DNA from: an uncultured Acidobacteriota bacterium
Lineage (GTDB): Bacteria; Acidobacteriota; JAQAZP01
Direction: 5' to 3'
DNA length: 64,000 nt
Assembly (NCBI GenBank): GCA_963836075.1
Contig: CAWIIB010000009.1
Coordinates: 1,248,001-1,312,000, forward strand
Of the stretch, positions 1 through 9,525 are shown in pieces. The notes under the pieces are model-generated. The model was not told where the DNA came from. It saw nothing but the letters and a program-made list of their open reading frames with translations, and made no database searches. Position 1 is the stretch's first letter, and every line of letters starts with the position of its first letter. Position numbers and translations under genes: made by a program.

Positions 1-573
1 GGGCCACGGAGCGATATTTGTGTGAAAAGTATTCGAGCTTGAGGCCTGGATTGCCCCAGACCATCACCTTCGTTCACACCGCGGAGCTGGAGCGGCGCTT
101 TCCCGATCTGACCCCCAGGGAGCGGGAGGACCGGATTTGCCGGGAGCACGGAGCGGTGTTCCTCATCGGCATCGGAGCACCGCTGGCCAGCGGAGAGCCC
201 CACGACGGTCGCGCCCCGGACTACGACGACTGGTCCACGGAGACCGAACACGGACGAGGACTGAACGGCGATATCGTTGTCTGGAGCCCGGTCCTGGAGC
301 GGTCATTCGAGTTGTCGTCCATGGGCATTCGAGTGGATGTGAAGACCCTGACGCGGCAACTGGAGATGACCGGCACCGAGGACCGGAAAGAACTGGCCTT
401 CCACCGGGCGCTGCTCGAGGGGAGAGCTTCCCCTGTCGGTGGGGGGCGGCATCGGGCAATCGAGGCTGTGCATGTTCCTGCTGGGCAAGGCCCACATCGC
501 CGAAGTTCAGTGCGGAGTGTGGCCCGCAGACATGCTGGAAGAAATGACGAGGAACAATATCCGGTCCTTGTGA
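1..573 (+). CDS. asnA: Aspartate--ammonia ligase, 5'-partial, with one apparent frameshift at about 420
   Basis: Motifs [16 protein letters not shown] and [10 protein letters not shown] are present. Removing one G from the G-run at 419-422 restores [29 protein letters not shown], ending at TGA 571-573. Confidence 0.9.
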
Positions 574-698
574 TCTCAGAGCCGAAGGGTGACGCCGGAC
601 AGGTCCGGACCCGGCGGCAGGAGCCCCACGTCCGCGCTTGACACGGAGGACAGATCGGCTATGGTGGCCCGGAATACAAATCATGGAGGGCCATCGCG

Positions 699-1834
699 GT
701 GGAGAGTCTGTTTGCCAACCTGTCATCCTTCTTCGACCTGGCTGATGCAGAATCACGGGGTGCTGATCCTGCAGGCCTTCCTGGTGATCCTCGGTGCGGC
801 GGTGATCGACTTTGTCCAGCGCCGCCTGCTCAACCGCCTGGCCCGCCAGCTGGAAAAGACAAAAACCCCCTGGGACGACGCCTTCCTCGACTCGGTGCGC
901 CGGCCGCTCTCCATCCTGATCTGGGTGGTGGGCATCAGCTTTGCCGCGGAAATCGTGGTCCGTATTTCCCCCAACTACACGCTCATCTTCGAGGCGGTGG
1001 GGCCGCTGCGCAACGTGACGATCATCACCCTCTGCGCCTGGTTCCTGATCCGTTTCATCGGCCACGCGGCGAACAACGTCATCACCATGCGGCGCGAGGC
1101 GGGCAAATCAGGTGGACGTGGTGGCCGTGGAGGCCATGGCCAAGCTGGCCCGAATCTCGGTGATGGTCACCGCCGCCCTGGTCACCCTGCAGACCCTCGG
1201 CTTTGACATCGCCGGCATCTGGGCCTTCGGCGGCATCGGCGGTCTGGCCATCGGCCTGGCGGCCAAGGACCTGCTCTCCAACTTCTTCGGCGGGCTGATG
1301 CTCTACATGGACCGGCCTTTTTCACCCGGGGACTGGGTCCGTTCGCCGGACAAGGAGATCGAGGGAACGGTGGAGGAGATCGGCTGGCGGCTGACCCGTA
1401 TCCGCTCCTTCAGCAAGCGGCCGCTCTACGTGCCCAACTCGGTTTTCTCCACCATCACCGTGGAGAACCCGTCACGGATGACCAACCGGCGGATCAACGA
1501 GACCATCGGTATCCGCTACGAGGACTCGGGCAAGATGGGCGACATCACCGCCGAGGTGAAGCAGATGCTCACCGACCACCCGGCCATCGACGAGACCCTG
1601 ACCCTGATGGTCAACTTCAACAGTTTTGCCCCCTCGTCCCTCGACTTCTTCATCTACTGCTTCACCCACACCACGGTCTGGACCGAGTTCCACGAGATCA
1701 AGCAGGACGTGCTGCTGCGCATCGAGGCTATCATCGCCTCCCACGGCGCGGAGATCGCCTTCCCCACCTCCACCATCCACCTCGATGGCGGAGAGTCGGG
1801 TATCAGCCCGGAGCCGGAGCCAGAGAAACAGTAG
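699..1834 (+). CDS. mscS: Small-conductance mechanosensitive channel (MscS family), split by two apparent frameshifts (about 730 and about 1110)
   Basis: The C-terminal frame has GGIGGLAIGLAAKDLLSNFFGG, RPFSPGDW, GTVEEIGWRLTRIR and VPNS. The TM-rich N-terminal part lies in other frames (GTG 699, then the 589-1206 frame). Confidence 0.85.
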
Positions 1835-1849
1835 AAGGGTGAATACGGA

Positions 1850-2152
1850 TCAGCCTGCCGCGCTGAGGGCGTGAACCTCTTCATCGAGCCTTGTGCCGAG
1901 CTTGTCCTTTGTCACCTCCAGGTCGTATCGTGCCTGAAGATTGATCCAGAACCGCTCGGACATCCCGAAGAAGCGGGAGAGGCGCAGGGCAGTGTCGGCG
2001 GAGATTGCCCGTTTGCCGTGAACGATCTCGTTGATCCGTCGTGGTGGGACACTGATCTCCTTGGCCAGCCGTTACTGGCTGATCCCCATGGGAAGCAGGA
2101 ACTCTTCGAGCAGGATCTCCCCGGGATGGATGGGGTCGAGTTTCTTGGCCAT
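1850..2152 (-). pseudogene. higA: HigA-family antitoxin with an in-frame TAA at codon 27 (2072-2074)
   Basis: Manual translation gives [62 protein letters not shown]...FWINLQARYDLE. It is absent from the ORF track because of the stop. Confidence 0.9.
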
Positions 2153-2168
2153 GTTCCTCACCTGGTCT

Positions 2169-2240
2169 CTAGTGGTAGTCGACGATTTCGACACCGCGGG
2201 CCTGACCTTCCTTCCAGCGAAAGCAGATACGCCTCTTCCC
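2169..2240 (-). pseudogene. higB: C-terminal remnant of a HigB toxin
   Basis: Reads RICFRWKEGQARGVEIVDYH*, the typical HigB ending, directly upstream of higA. The 5' part is missing because the next gene ends at 2242. Confidence 0.8.
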
Positions 2241-2241
2241 G

Positions 2242-4008
2242 TTACCCTGCACCACCAGGCAGCACCTGCCGCCGGGCGAACAGTTCCCGGCTCAGCAGCC
2301 AGGCGCCGGCCAGGCAGACCAGGGCGGTGGTGAGCGAAAGAAACGCCCCGGGCATCTTTGCGGCAAGCTGGGATGTCACCACCGCGACGAAATAGATTAG
2401 CCAGAGAATCGATCCCGCCGAGGTCTTCATGGTGATGAAGAGAACGGTGAGGACCAGGGCCAGGCCGGCGACGACCAGGGCCTGCACATTTTGTCGCTGT
2501 TTCCTCACCCGGGTCCGGGGCGCCCAGCGGGAGAGGAGGGCATAACCGGCGGTGAGCAGCGCCCAGACTGCACTGAAGATGATGATGCTCAGGGCGGTCC
2601 GTTGCGGGCCCCCGGTCAGGGTGAGGCCCTCCACGGTGTCCAGCCTCCCCTGATACCTGGTCATCAGCAGCTCCGCTCGCTCCGGGTCCAGATCGATGCC
2701 ATACACGGCCTTGACCGCCCGGGTGTATTGCTCAATGGCGAAGGTTTTTGACGCCCCGCGGCCCACCTCGAACGGGTTGTAGATCACGGGCCAATCCTGA
2801 GCGTCATATGTCATTTTTGTCAGCATCATGGTCGTCGTGTGTGTGTCGCCGTTGCTGTCCACCACCACCGGCGGCTGTCCGTCCCAGGCGATGCGGCGAA
2901 ACCGGGGCGGAACATGGATGAAGTAGCTGGTCTCCCCATTGTGCTCCCGCTCCCTCGCCACCACCCACCCGGGATAGGTGTCACCGGCCAGAAGAAAGCC
3001 GACCTGCACGGCGGCGCCGAAGCCGACGGCAGCCAGCAGCGGCAGGAGCAGGGCGGCATGGAGCCGGCGGCGGGGCAGGGGCAGGTGGGCATAGGGCGAC
3101 CCGCTGCGGTTCTGTTCCGCGGAGAGGAGACTGAGGATGATCAGGGTGGAGAGCAGTGAGACGATCACCGTGCCGAACCCCACACCCGGTGTTACCAGCG
3201 CCCCGCCAAGGGAGGTCAGGATCAGGAACCCGAAGATGACGGCGATGAGGGAGTGCTGGCGCAGGTTGAGGATGCCCAGCATCCAGAGGGTGGAGAGCCG
3301 GCGGCCTGCCCGGGCCGGCCCCTTGAGGAGCACCGGGGTGGACCTGCCGCGCTCGTCGCCGGCCGGTTCCCAGCGGCCCAGGCTTCCGTATCCCCCCCTT
3401 GGCTCCGGCCGGTCATCCACCAGGGTGAGCGACTCCCTGACCCGGCGGCTGGCCGCCAGCAGCAGCAGGCCGGCGGCAACAACCGTGAGGAGAGAAAGCC
3501 ATGGCGAGCGGAAGACGAGGAGGAGCACGGTGACGATCAGGCCGGCCACCACGGCGCCGTTGAGCTGTCCGGCATTCCGCACCCGGTTGCAGCCCGGCTC
3601 GATCCGGTGGACCAGGGCGCCGGTGAAGATCAGACCGGGGAGCACATACCCGCCGGTGGTCAGGTATTGACGGATGATATAGGGCTTGCAGATCAGGGTG
3701 ATCGGCACCAGGAAAAGCGCCACGTGCACCGCGGTCTGCACCAGGCTTGAGAAGACGTGGTTCTTCCAGATCCGGACACCAGAGAGCGGCAGGGCCAGCT
3801 CGAGTTCGCTGCAGCGGTCCCGGGTGACCAGCACGGTGTAGATCAGGCACCAGAAGAAGCCGAGGAAGGTGGAGAAAAAGAGGCCCTTGTCACCTGCGTG
3901 ACGAGCGTTGAGCTGCCAGGCCACAAAAAGCCCCAGGGCAATGGGGACCTGCAGCAGTTGCAGGGCCTTCCTGTCGAAAAGTTCGTTCAACTGGAATCGA
4001 TCGTACAT
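2242..4008 (-). CDS. Polytopic membrane protein, probable ABC transporter permease
   Basis: 588 aa with many hydrophobic segments, coupled to the upstream ABC ATPase. Confidence 0.7.
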   Translation of the reverse strand: MYDRFQLNELFDRKALQLLQVPIALGLFVAWQLNARHAGDKGLFFSTFLGFFWCLIYTVLVTRDRCSELELALPLSGVRIWKNHVFSSLVQTAVHVALFLVPITLICKPYIIRQYLTTGGYVLPGLIFTGALVHRIEPGCNRVRNAGQLNGAVVAGLIVTVLLLVFRSPWLSLLTVVAAGLLLLAASRRVRESLTLVDDRPEPRGGYGSLGRWEPAGDERGRSTPVLLKGPARAGRRLSTLWMLGILNLRQHSLIAVIFGFLILTSLGGALVTPGVGFGTVIVSLLSTLIILSLLSAEQNRSGSPYAHLPLPRRRLHAALLLPLLAAVGFGAAVQVGFLLAGDTYPGWVVAREREHNGETSYFIHVPPRFRRIAWDGQPPVVVDSNGDTHTTTMMLTKMTYDAQDWPVIYNPFEVGRGASKTFAIEQYTRAVKAVYGIDLDPERAELLMTRYQGRLDTVEGLTLTGGPQRTALSIIIFSAVWALLTAGYALLSRWAPRTRVRKQRQNVQALVVAGLALVLTVLFITMKTSAGSILWLIYFVAVVTSQLAAKMPGAFLSLTTALVCLAGAWLLSRELFARRQVLPGGAG

Positions 4009-4901
4009 CAGATGGTCCCTCCGGCCAGCTCGATGAACAGCTCTTCCAGGGGCAGGCGGCTGCAGGCCGATGTTTCGAGACCCAGCTGCTCCCTGATCCC
4101 GGCGGACGCTGATTCAGGGGCGAGGTGAAAGACGGCGTGCAGGGCGCCGCCCCGCTGACGGGCGGCAAGGAAGCCGTCCAGGTGCCGAAGCTCGGAGGGC
4201 GTGGTGCCGTTGCCGCCGGGGATGATGGCCCGGCAGTAGTCCTCGCGCAGTTCGTCGAGGCCGGTGTCGAGGAAGATCCGGCCACCCTGGAGCATCACCA
4301 CCCGCCGGGCCAGCCGCTCCACGTCGTTCATGTGGTGCGAGGAGAAGAGGATGGAGGTTCCCGACTCGGCCAGCAGCCGCACCGCGGTCTCAAGGAACTC
4401 CCGGCGGGCCACCGAGTCGAGACCGCCGGCCGGCTCGTCCAGCAGCAGCAGTTCGGGCCGGTGGGCCACGGCGCCGATCAGTGCCACCTGCCGCGCCTGG
4501 CCCTTGCTCAACTGCTCGATACGCATTTTCGGCGCGAGAGCGAAGCGCTCCAGCAGTTCGGTGGCAAAATTGTCATCCCAGGAGGGGTAGAGGGAGCGGT
4601 GGAGGTTGATCACTTTCTCCACCGTGGTCCTGGGCGGCAGGGTCTGGTCTTCCGAGACGTAGCCGATCCGCTGCTTCACCGCCACGGCGTCAACGGCCGG
4701 GTCGGAGCCGAATACGGTTACCGTTCCCGCCTGGGGCCGGATCATACCCATGGCGGTGCGGATCAGGGTGGTTTTGCCGGCGCCGTTGCGGCCCAGCAGT
4801 CCCACCACCTCACCCGGGGCGAGGGAGAAACTGACCTCGTCGAGCACGTTGGTACCGCGTTTGAAGGCGCGGGTGACGCTGTGGAATTCCAGGATGGTCA
4901 T
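4008..4901 (-). CDS. ABC transporter ATP-binding protein (YtrB-like)
   Basis: Walker A GRNGAGKTT, signature LSKGQ, Walker B LLLLDEP, H-loop SSH. Confidence 0.95.
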   Translation of the reverse strand: MTILEFHSVTRAFKRGTNVLDEVSFSLAPGEVVGLLGRNGAGKTTLIRTAMGMIRPQAGTVTVFGSDPAVDAVAVKQRIGYVSEDQTLPPRTTVEKVINLHRSLYPSWDDNFATELLERFALAPKMRIEQLSKGQARQVALIGAVAHRPELLLLDEPAGGLDSVARREFLETAVRLLAESGTSILFSSHHMNDVERLARRVVMLQGGRIFLDTGLDELREDYCRAIIPGGNGTTPSELRHLDGFLAARQRGGALHAVFHLAPESASAGIREQLGLETSACSRLPLEELFIELAGGTI

Positions 4902-4904
4902 GAT

Positions 4905-5327
4905 TCAGTCCTCCTCTTCGTCTCGGCTGGTACGCCCCGGCTCCCGTCCGGTGGCCATCTGGTCCCGCACTTCACCCAGCATCTGGAGCACCTCTTCAAA
5001 GGGCACCCCGCTGAGCCAGGCCTGGGAGACCAGGCGCCTGCAGACCGGGCGCAGGCTTTCCTTCCGCTCAGCCGAACCGGGCATTGCCGCTGTCTTTGCA
5101 ACGAACGTCCCTCGCCCGCGCCGGGTCTCGATCACACCCTCCCGCTCCAGCTCGTCGTAGGCTTTCTTGACGGTGAGATGGGAGATGACCAGTTGCTCGG
5201 CCAGCTCGCGCTGGGAGGGCAGTTTGTCACCCGGCGCCAGACGGCCCCCGGCAACCGCTTCGCTGACCTGTCGCATGATCTGCCGGTAGATCGGAAGTTC
5301 GTCGCCCGGCTGAATGTTGATCATCAT
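4905..5327 (-). CDS. GntR-family (YtrA subfamily) transcriptional regulator
   Basis: PIYRQI...GDKLPSQRELA...TVKKAYDELEREG...RGRGTFV, short protein, sits ahead of ABC genes. The start is placed at ATG 5327 behind an AGAGGA RBS. Confidence 0.9.
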   Translation of the reverse strand: MMINIQPGDELPIYRQIMRQVSEAVAGGRLAPGDKLPSQRELAEQLVISHLTVKKAYDELEREGVIETRRGRGTFVAKTAAMPGSAERKESLRPVCRRLVSQAWLSGVPFEEVLQMLGEVRDQMATGREPGRTSRDEEED

Positions 5328-5344
5328 CTGGTTGTCCTCTGCTC

Positions 5345-5387
5345 TAGTGCTATATAAGACTATAGCACTAAGATGATGAAACGTCAA
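5345..5387 (-). promoter_or_regulatory. Sigma70 promoter overlapped by a palindromic YtrA-type operator
   Basis: TTGACG (5387-5382), 17 bp spacer, TATAGT (5364-5359) with an extended TG. Perfect inverted repeat TAGTGCTATA-N6-TATAGCACTA at 5345-5370. Confidence 0.8.
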
Positions 5388-5439
5388 GCCGTTTTTTGAT
5401 TTTGTTTGCAAGCGGATTATTTTTCAGCAGGTTGATGGG

Positions 5440-8400
5440 TCAGCGTCGGGCGGCGGCGACCCTGACACCGTGGCTGAACAGCCCCGGATCATAGGCCAGG
5501 AGCTCCATTTCAGGCAGGTTGGACACGATCAGTCCATCGTAATTCCAGCAGCGTACCATGGCCGGCGCGTTCGGGCCGGGCCCCCGGCCGGTGACGATCT
5601 CGTCAATGCCGTTGCCGTCCAGGTCGCCGCAGGCTACGTTGACTCCCCAGAAGGCCGGGGACCAGGCGATGAAATTGACGCCGCCGATCGCCTCGGCGGC
5701 GCCGGTTCCGTCCCAGTTCCAGCCGCGGACGTGGGAAGTGAACATGATGCCCGGGCCGGGGCCGGTGACAATTTCGTCGATGCCATCGCCGTCGATGTCG
5801 CCGCAGGCGACGTTGACCCCGTACTTGCTGGTGCCGTAGGCCAGGAATGAGACGTCGGGCAGGGGCTGGGTCGTTCCCGATCCATCATAGTCCCAACCGC
5901 GGACGTGGGGGCCGAACACGGCGCCCGGGCCGGGGCCGGTGACGATCTCGTCGAAGCCGTCGCCGTCGATGTCACCGCAGCTCACGTTGACCCCGTACTT
6001 GTTCGTGCCGTAGGCCAGGAAGGATACGCCGGCCAGCGGCTGGACCGTTGAGGTCATATCACGGTTCCAGCCCCTGACGTGGGGGCCAAAGACATCGCCC
6101 GGCCCGGCGCCGGTGAGCACCTCGTCGAAGCCGTCGCCGTCGATGTCCCCGCAGGCCACGTTGACCCCCCAGCGGTTGGTGCCGTAGGCGAGAAAGGAGA
6201 ATCCGGGCAGGGGCGTGCCGTCGGCCGAGAACCCGCGCACGTGCGGCCCGAACACCGCTCCGGGCCCGGCGCCGGTCACCACTTCGAGGCCCAGCCCTCC
6301 GTCCACGTTGCCCAGGGCCGTGTTCACGCCGTAGCGGGAGACACCGTAGGCCTGCCACTGGGCGGTCCAACTCCCCGGGAGCCCCGGGTGGAAGACTCGC
6401 ACCAGCGGCGGGTTGTCCTCGCCGGGCCCGGGCCCGGTCGCCAACAGGCCGGCATTGCCGAAGCCATTCACAAGGCAGATGGTCCGGCCGTCCGGATAGG
6501 CCGCAGCGAGATCTGCACCGCCGTCACCATCGAAGTCCTCGATCAGGATCGAACGCAGGGGGACGGAGCAGTAGTCGACCGGCTGACCGACGCCCAGCAC
6601 ACCATTGCCGGGTATGAAGGTCAAACCTTGTTGGGTGGTCAGCGCCAGGTCGATGGTACCGTTGCCGTCCAGGTCGGCTGCGGTGATCGATTCCGGGGCG
6701 TGGGAGATCGGAATGGCGGTCGCCTCGCCGAAAGTGCCATCCCCCAGCCCGGGCAGCAGGGCGACGGTCTGATCGACGTTGTTCGCTACCACCAGGTCGG
6801 GGTAACCGTCGAAGGTCATGTCGGCGACACAGACATCTCGGGGGCCGTTGCCGGACGCATATTGGACCGGGTCGGCGAAGGTATCGTCGCCATTGTTCAG
6901 CAGCACCACGGTGAAGCCGCCGCCGCGCTGGCCAACCACCAGGTCGAGGTCCCCGTCGAAGTCGAGGTCGGCCGGGACCGGGGTGCTGGGGGAAGACCCG
7001 GCCGAAAAAGTGATCGGCGGGGCAAAGGCACCGCCCCCCAGACCAGCGAAGATCGAGACGCTGTCCGCCAGGTTGTCGGCGGTCACCAGGTCGAGGTTTG
7101 CATCGCCAAAGAGCTGGGCCGCGGCCAGTCCCAGGGGTGCCTCACCGGTGGCCAGGTCCAGGGGCGGCCCAAACGTCCCGTCCCCATTCCCCGGCAGGAT
7201 GGCCAGCCGGTCTGCCTGCTCGCTCACCCCGGCCATGTCGAGCACACCGTCGCCGGTGAGCTCAGCGGCGATCACCGCGGTGAATGGATAACCCAGCTGG
7301 TTGACGAGGGGATCGGTGAAACTCCCGTCGCCCAGCCCCAGCAGGGCAAAGAGGTCGCCGTCCCCGGGAAAGCCGGCTTCGCCATCTTCCGCTGCCACGC
7401 CCAGGTCGGGCACGCCGTCGCCGTTCCAATCAGCACGTGCCGCGTCCAGGGGATTCAGGTGTTCGGGAGTAGCCCGTTCGGCGGCGAACAGGGCTTCGCC
7501 GTACCCCAGGTACACGGTGACCATCTGCTCGGTGCAGACGGCCGCATCGAGGTCACCGTCCCCGTCGAAATCGGTAAGAACCGACGAATCGCCCTCCTCG
7601 GTGAACCAGAGCCGGGTGTGTGACAGGTACACGCCTGACTCGCTCCCCATGAAGAATTTCGTCTGGTGATCCCCGACAATGGCAAAAACGGTTCTGCCGC
7701 TCGAAGCCTCTTCCGCGGTAATGATATGCCGGGGATTGTAGACGGTGCTCAGCCAGACCCTGTCTCCGAATGTCCCGTCCCCAAGGCCATGCCAGATCTC
7801 CACACCGAAGTTGTCGAAATAGGTGTCGTAATAATCGGTGCAGATCAGGTCGAGGTGGCCATCACCGTTCGCGTCCCCGGCGGCGACGTAAAACCGGCCG
7901 CTGTAATACTCGCCGTACGCTGTCGGCACATCGAAGGAGCAGTCGCCCAACCCTTTCATTACCAGAAGCTTGCCATTGTACCGGCCAAGAGGGTCGACCC
8001 AGAGGGTGGCGGCCGCCGCATCGGGGATACCGTCTCCGTCGAAATCCGCCACGTCGAGGGAGGTGACCGTGGAATGCCCGGTTTCGGTCGACAATTCGGT
8101 GAAAATATCTTCACCGTCGTTGCGCAGCACCATCAGGAGATTGCTGTTCTGGTAGATGATGTCCTGGTCGCCGTCGGCATCCAGGTCGGCGGTGCGGATG
8201 ACCGAATCGTTGGTACCGTACTCCGGTTCGATGACCAGGGGTGGGTGCAGGGTGCCGTCCCCCTGGCCGTGGGAGATGCAGACAAACATGCCGTAGTTGG
8301 GATAGCCGGTCCAGACCACGTCCTGGAAGCCGTCGCCGTTCATGTCGGCCACGGTTAGCTGCTGGGCGAACATGTCGATGGGGGTGAGGACCGTCTCGAA

Positions 8401-8676
8401 GGTGCCGTCGCCCCGGCCGAGCAGGACGGCGATGTGGTTCGGACCGCTGAATTGATCTGCATCCGACAGCACCAGATCGGGGAATCCGTCATTGTTCATG
8501 TCGGCGGTGGACAGGGTGGAGAGGTAGATCCCGTGATGGACGGCAAGCCCGGCCGAGAAGAGGCGGTGGCCGTCCACGGCGGCCGGGGCTGGGGAATTGC
8601 AGAATATCGCCAGGAGGAGAGCGGCGCAGAGGAGCAGGGCAGAATCCGAAAACGAACTCGGATGGTTGCCGCGCAT
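5440..8676 (-). CDS. Secreted FG-GAP/VCBS repeat (integrin-like beta-propeller) protein
   Basis: Signal peptide and many DxxGDGxxD repeats. The C-terminal block has about five GVNVACGDIDGDGxDEIVTGPGPG...PHVRGW repeats. Confidence 0.9.
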   Translation of the reverse strand: MRGNHPSSFSDSALLLCAALLLAIFCNSPAPAAVDGHRLFSAGLAVHHGIYLSTLSTADMNNDGFPDLVLSDADQFSGPNHIAVLLGRGDGTFETVLTPIDMFAQQLTVADMNGDGFQDVVWTGYPNYGMFVCISHGQGDGTLHPPLVIEPEYGTNDSVIRTADLDADGDQDIIYQNSNLLMVLRNDGEDIFTELSTETGHSTVTSLDVADFDGDGIPDAAAATLWVDPLGRYNGKLLVMKGLGDCSFDVPTAYGEYYSGRFYVAAGDANGDGHLDLICTDYYDTYFDNFGVEIWHGLGDGTFGDRVWLSTVYNPRHIITAEEASSGRTVFAIVGDHQTKFFMGSESGVYLSHTRLWFTEEGDSSVLTDFDGDGDLDAAVCTEQMVTVYLGYGEALFAAERATPEHLNPLDAARADWNGDGVPDLGVAAEDGEAGFPGDGDLFALLGLGDGSFTDPLVNQLGYPFTAVIAAELTGDGVLDMAGVSEQADRLAILPGNGDGTFGPPLDLATGEAPLGLAAAQLFGDANLDLVTADNLADSVSIFAGLGGGAFAPPITFSAGSSPSTPVPADLDFDGDLDLVVGQRGGGFTVVLLNNGDDTFADPVQYASGNGPRDVCVADMTFDGYPDLVVANNVDQTVALLPGLGDGTFGEATAIPISHAPESITAADLDGNGTIDLALTTQQGLTFIPGNGVLGVGQPVDYCSVPLRSILIEDFDGDGGADLAAAYPDGRTICLVNGFGNAGLLATGPGPGEDNPPLVRVFHPGLPGSWTAQWQAYGVSRYGVNTALGNVDGGLGLEVVTGAGPGAVFGPHVRGFSADGTPLPGFSFLAYGTNRWGVNVACGDIDGDGFDEVLTGAGPGDVFGPHVRGWNRDMTSTVQPLAGVSFLAYGTNKYGVNVSCGDIDGDGFDEIVTGPGPGAVFGPHVRGWDYDGSGTTQPLPDVSFLAYGTSKYGVNVACGDIDGDGIDEIVTGPGPGIMFTSHVRGWNWDGTGAAEAIGGVNFIAWSPAFWGVNVACGDLDGNGIDEIVTGRGPGPNAPAMVRCWNYDGLIVSNLPEMELLAYDPGLFSHGVRVAAARR

Positions 8677-8699
8677 GGTGCCGCTCTCCTCTCAGGCTC

Positions 8700-9335
8700 T
8701 CAAAACAGCTCCTCCGACGTGACGATGATTGCCCCGGCCTGCTTCAATTCCTGAAAGGCCGATTCAGCGGTACCTTCGGGAATGTCCACCCCGCGGCAGG
8801 CGTCGCGGATCACCACCGCTTCGAACCCCATCTGTAGCGCGTCCAGGACGGTGGAGCGCACGCAGAAATCGGTGGCCAGCCCGCAGGTGAAGATCCGCTT
8901 GACCTTCAGGCCCAGGAGGTAGCCGCGGAGGCCGGTCTCGGTCCAGTGGTCATTCTCCCGCAGGGCAGAGTAGCTGTCCACGTCCCGGTTGACCCCCTTG
9001 TGGAAGACGGCGTGGAACCGGGTCTGGTCCAGCTCGTGGTGGAACCGGGCGCCCCGGGTGCCCGCCACGCAGTGGTCCGGCCAGAGTTCCTGCTCGATAC
9101 CGTCCAGGCTGACCACCTCCAGCGGGCTGCAGCCCGGGTGCTGTGAGGCGAACGAGCCGTGGTCGGCGGGGTGCCAGTCACGGGTGGCCACCACCAGGGG
9201 GAATTTCTCCATCAGTCGGTTGATCACCGGGATCACTTCGTCACCGTTTTTCACCGGCAGGGCGCCGCCGGGACAGAAGTCGTACTGGATGTCCACCACG
9301 ATCAGGGCGTCGGTGGGGGTGATCTCGATGGCCAT
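8700..9335 (-). CDS. pncA: Nicotinamidase/pyrazinamidase
   Basis: VDIQYDFCPGGAL, DWHP, WPDHC, KG...DSYSA, GLATDFCV. Confidence 0.9.
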   Translation of the reverse strand: MAIEITPTDALIVVDIQYDFCPGGALPVKNGDEVIPVINRLMEKFPLVVATRDWHPADHGSFASQHPGCSPLEVVSLDGIEQELWPDHCVAGTRGARFHHELDQTRFHAVFHKGVNRDVDSYSALRENDHWTETGLRGYLLGLKVKRIFTCGLATDFCVRSTVLDALQMGFEAVVIRDACRGVDIPEGTAESAFQELKQAGAIIVTSEELF

Positions 9336-9525
9336 GGTATCGCCTCCCCGTTGATTGCATTTCCCCAAGTATTTCGATCCGGTGGCCCAACGTCAAGCCC
9401 GGACCCGGTAGTTTCCATTGCGGCTCCCCGGCCGATGAACTAGAATTTGATATCCGGCATCAAAGCAGACGTCCGGGACCGGTGAGGCCGCTCCGGTGAA
9501 CAGCGTGCGGCGCAAGGAGTGTTTG

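Noticed and set aside
1871-2395. Plus-strand 174-aa ORF
   Set aside because: It is the antisense shadow of the higBA remnant and the permease end.
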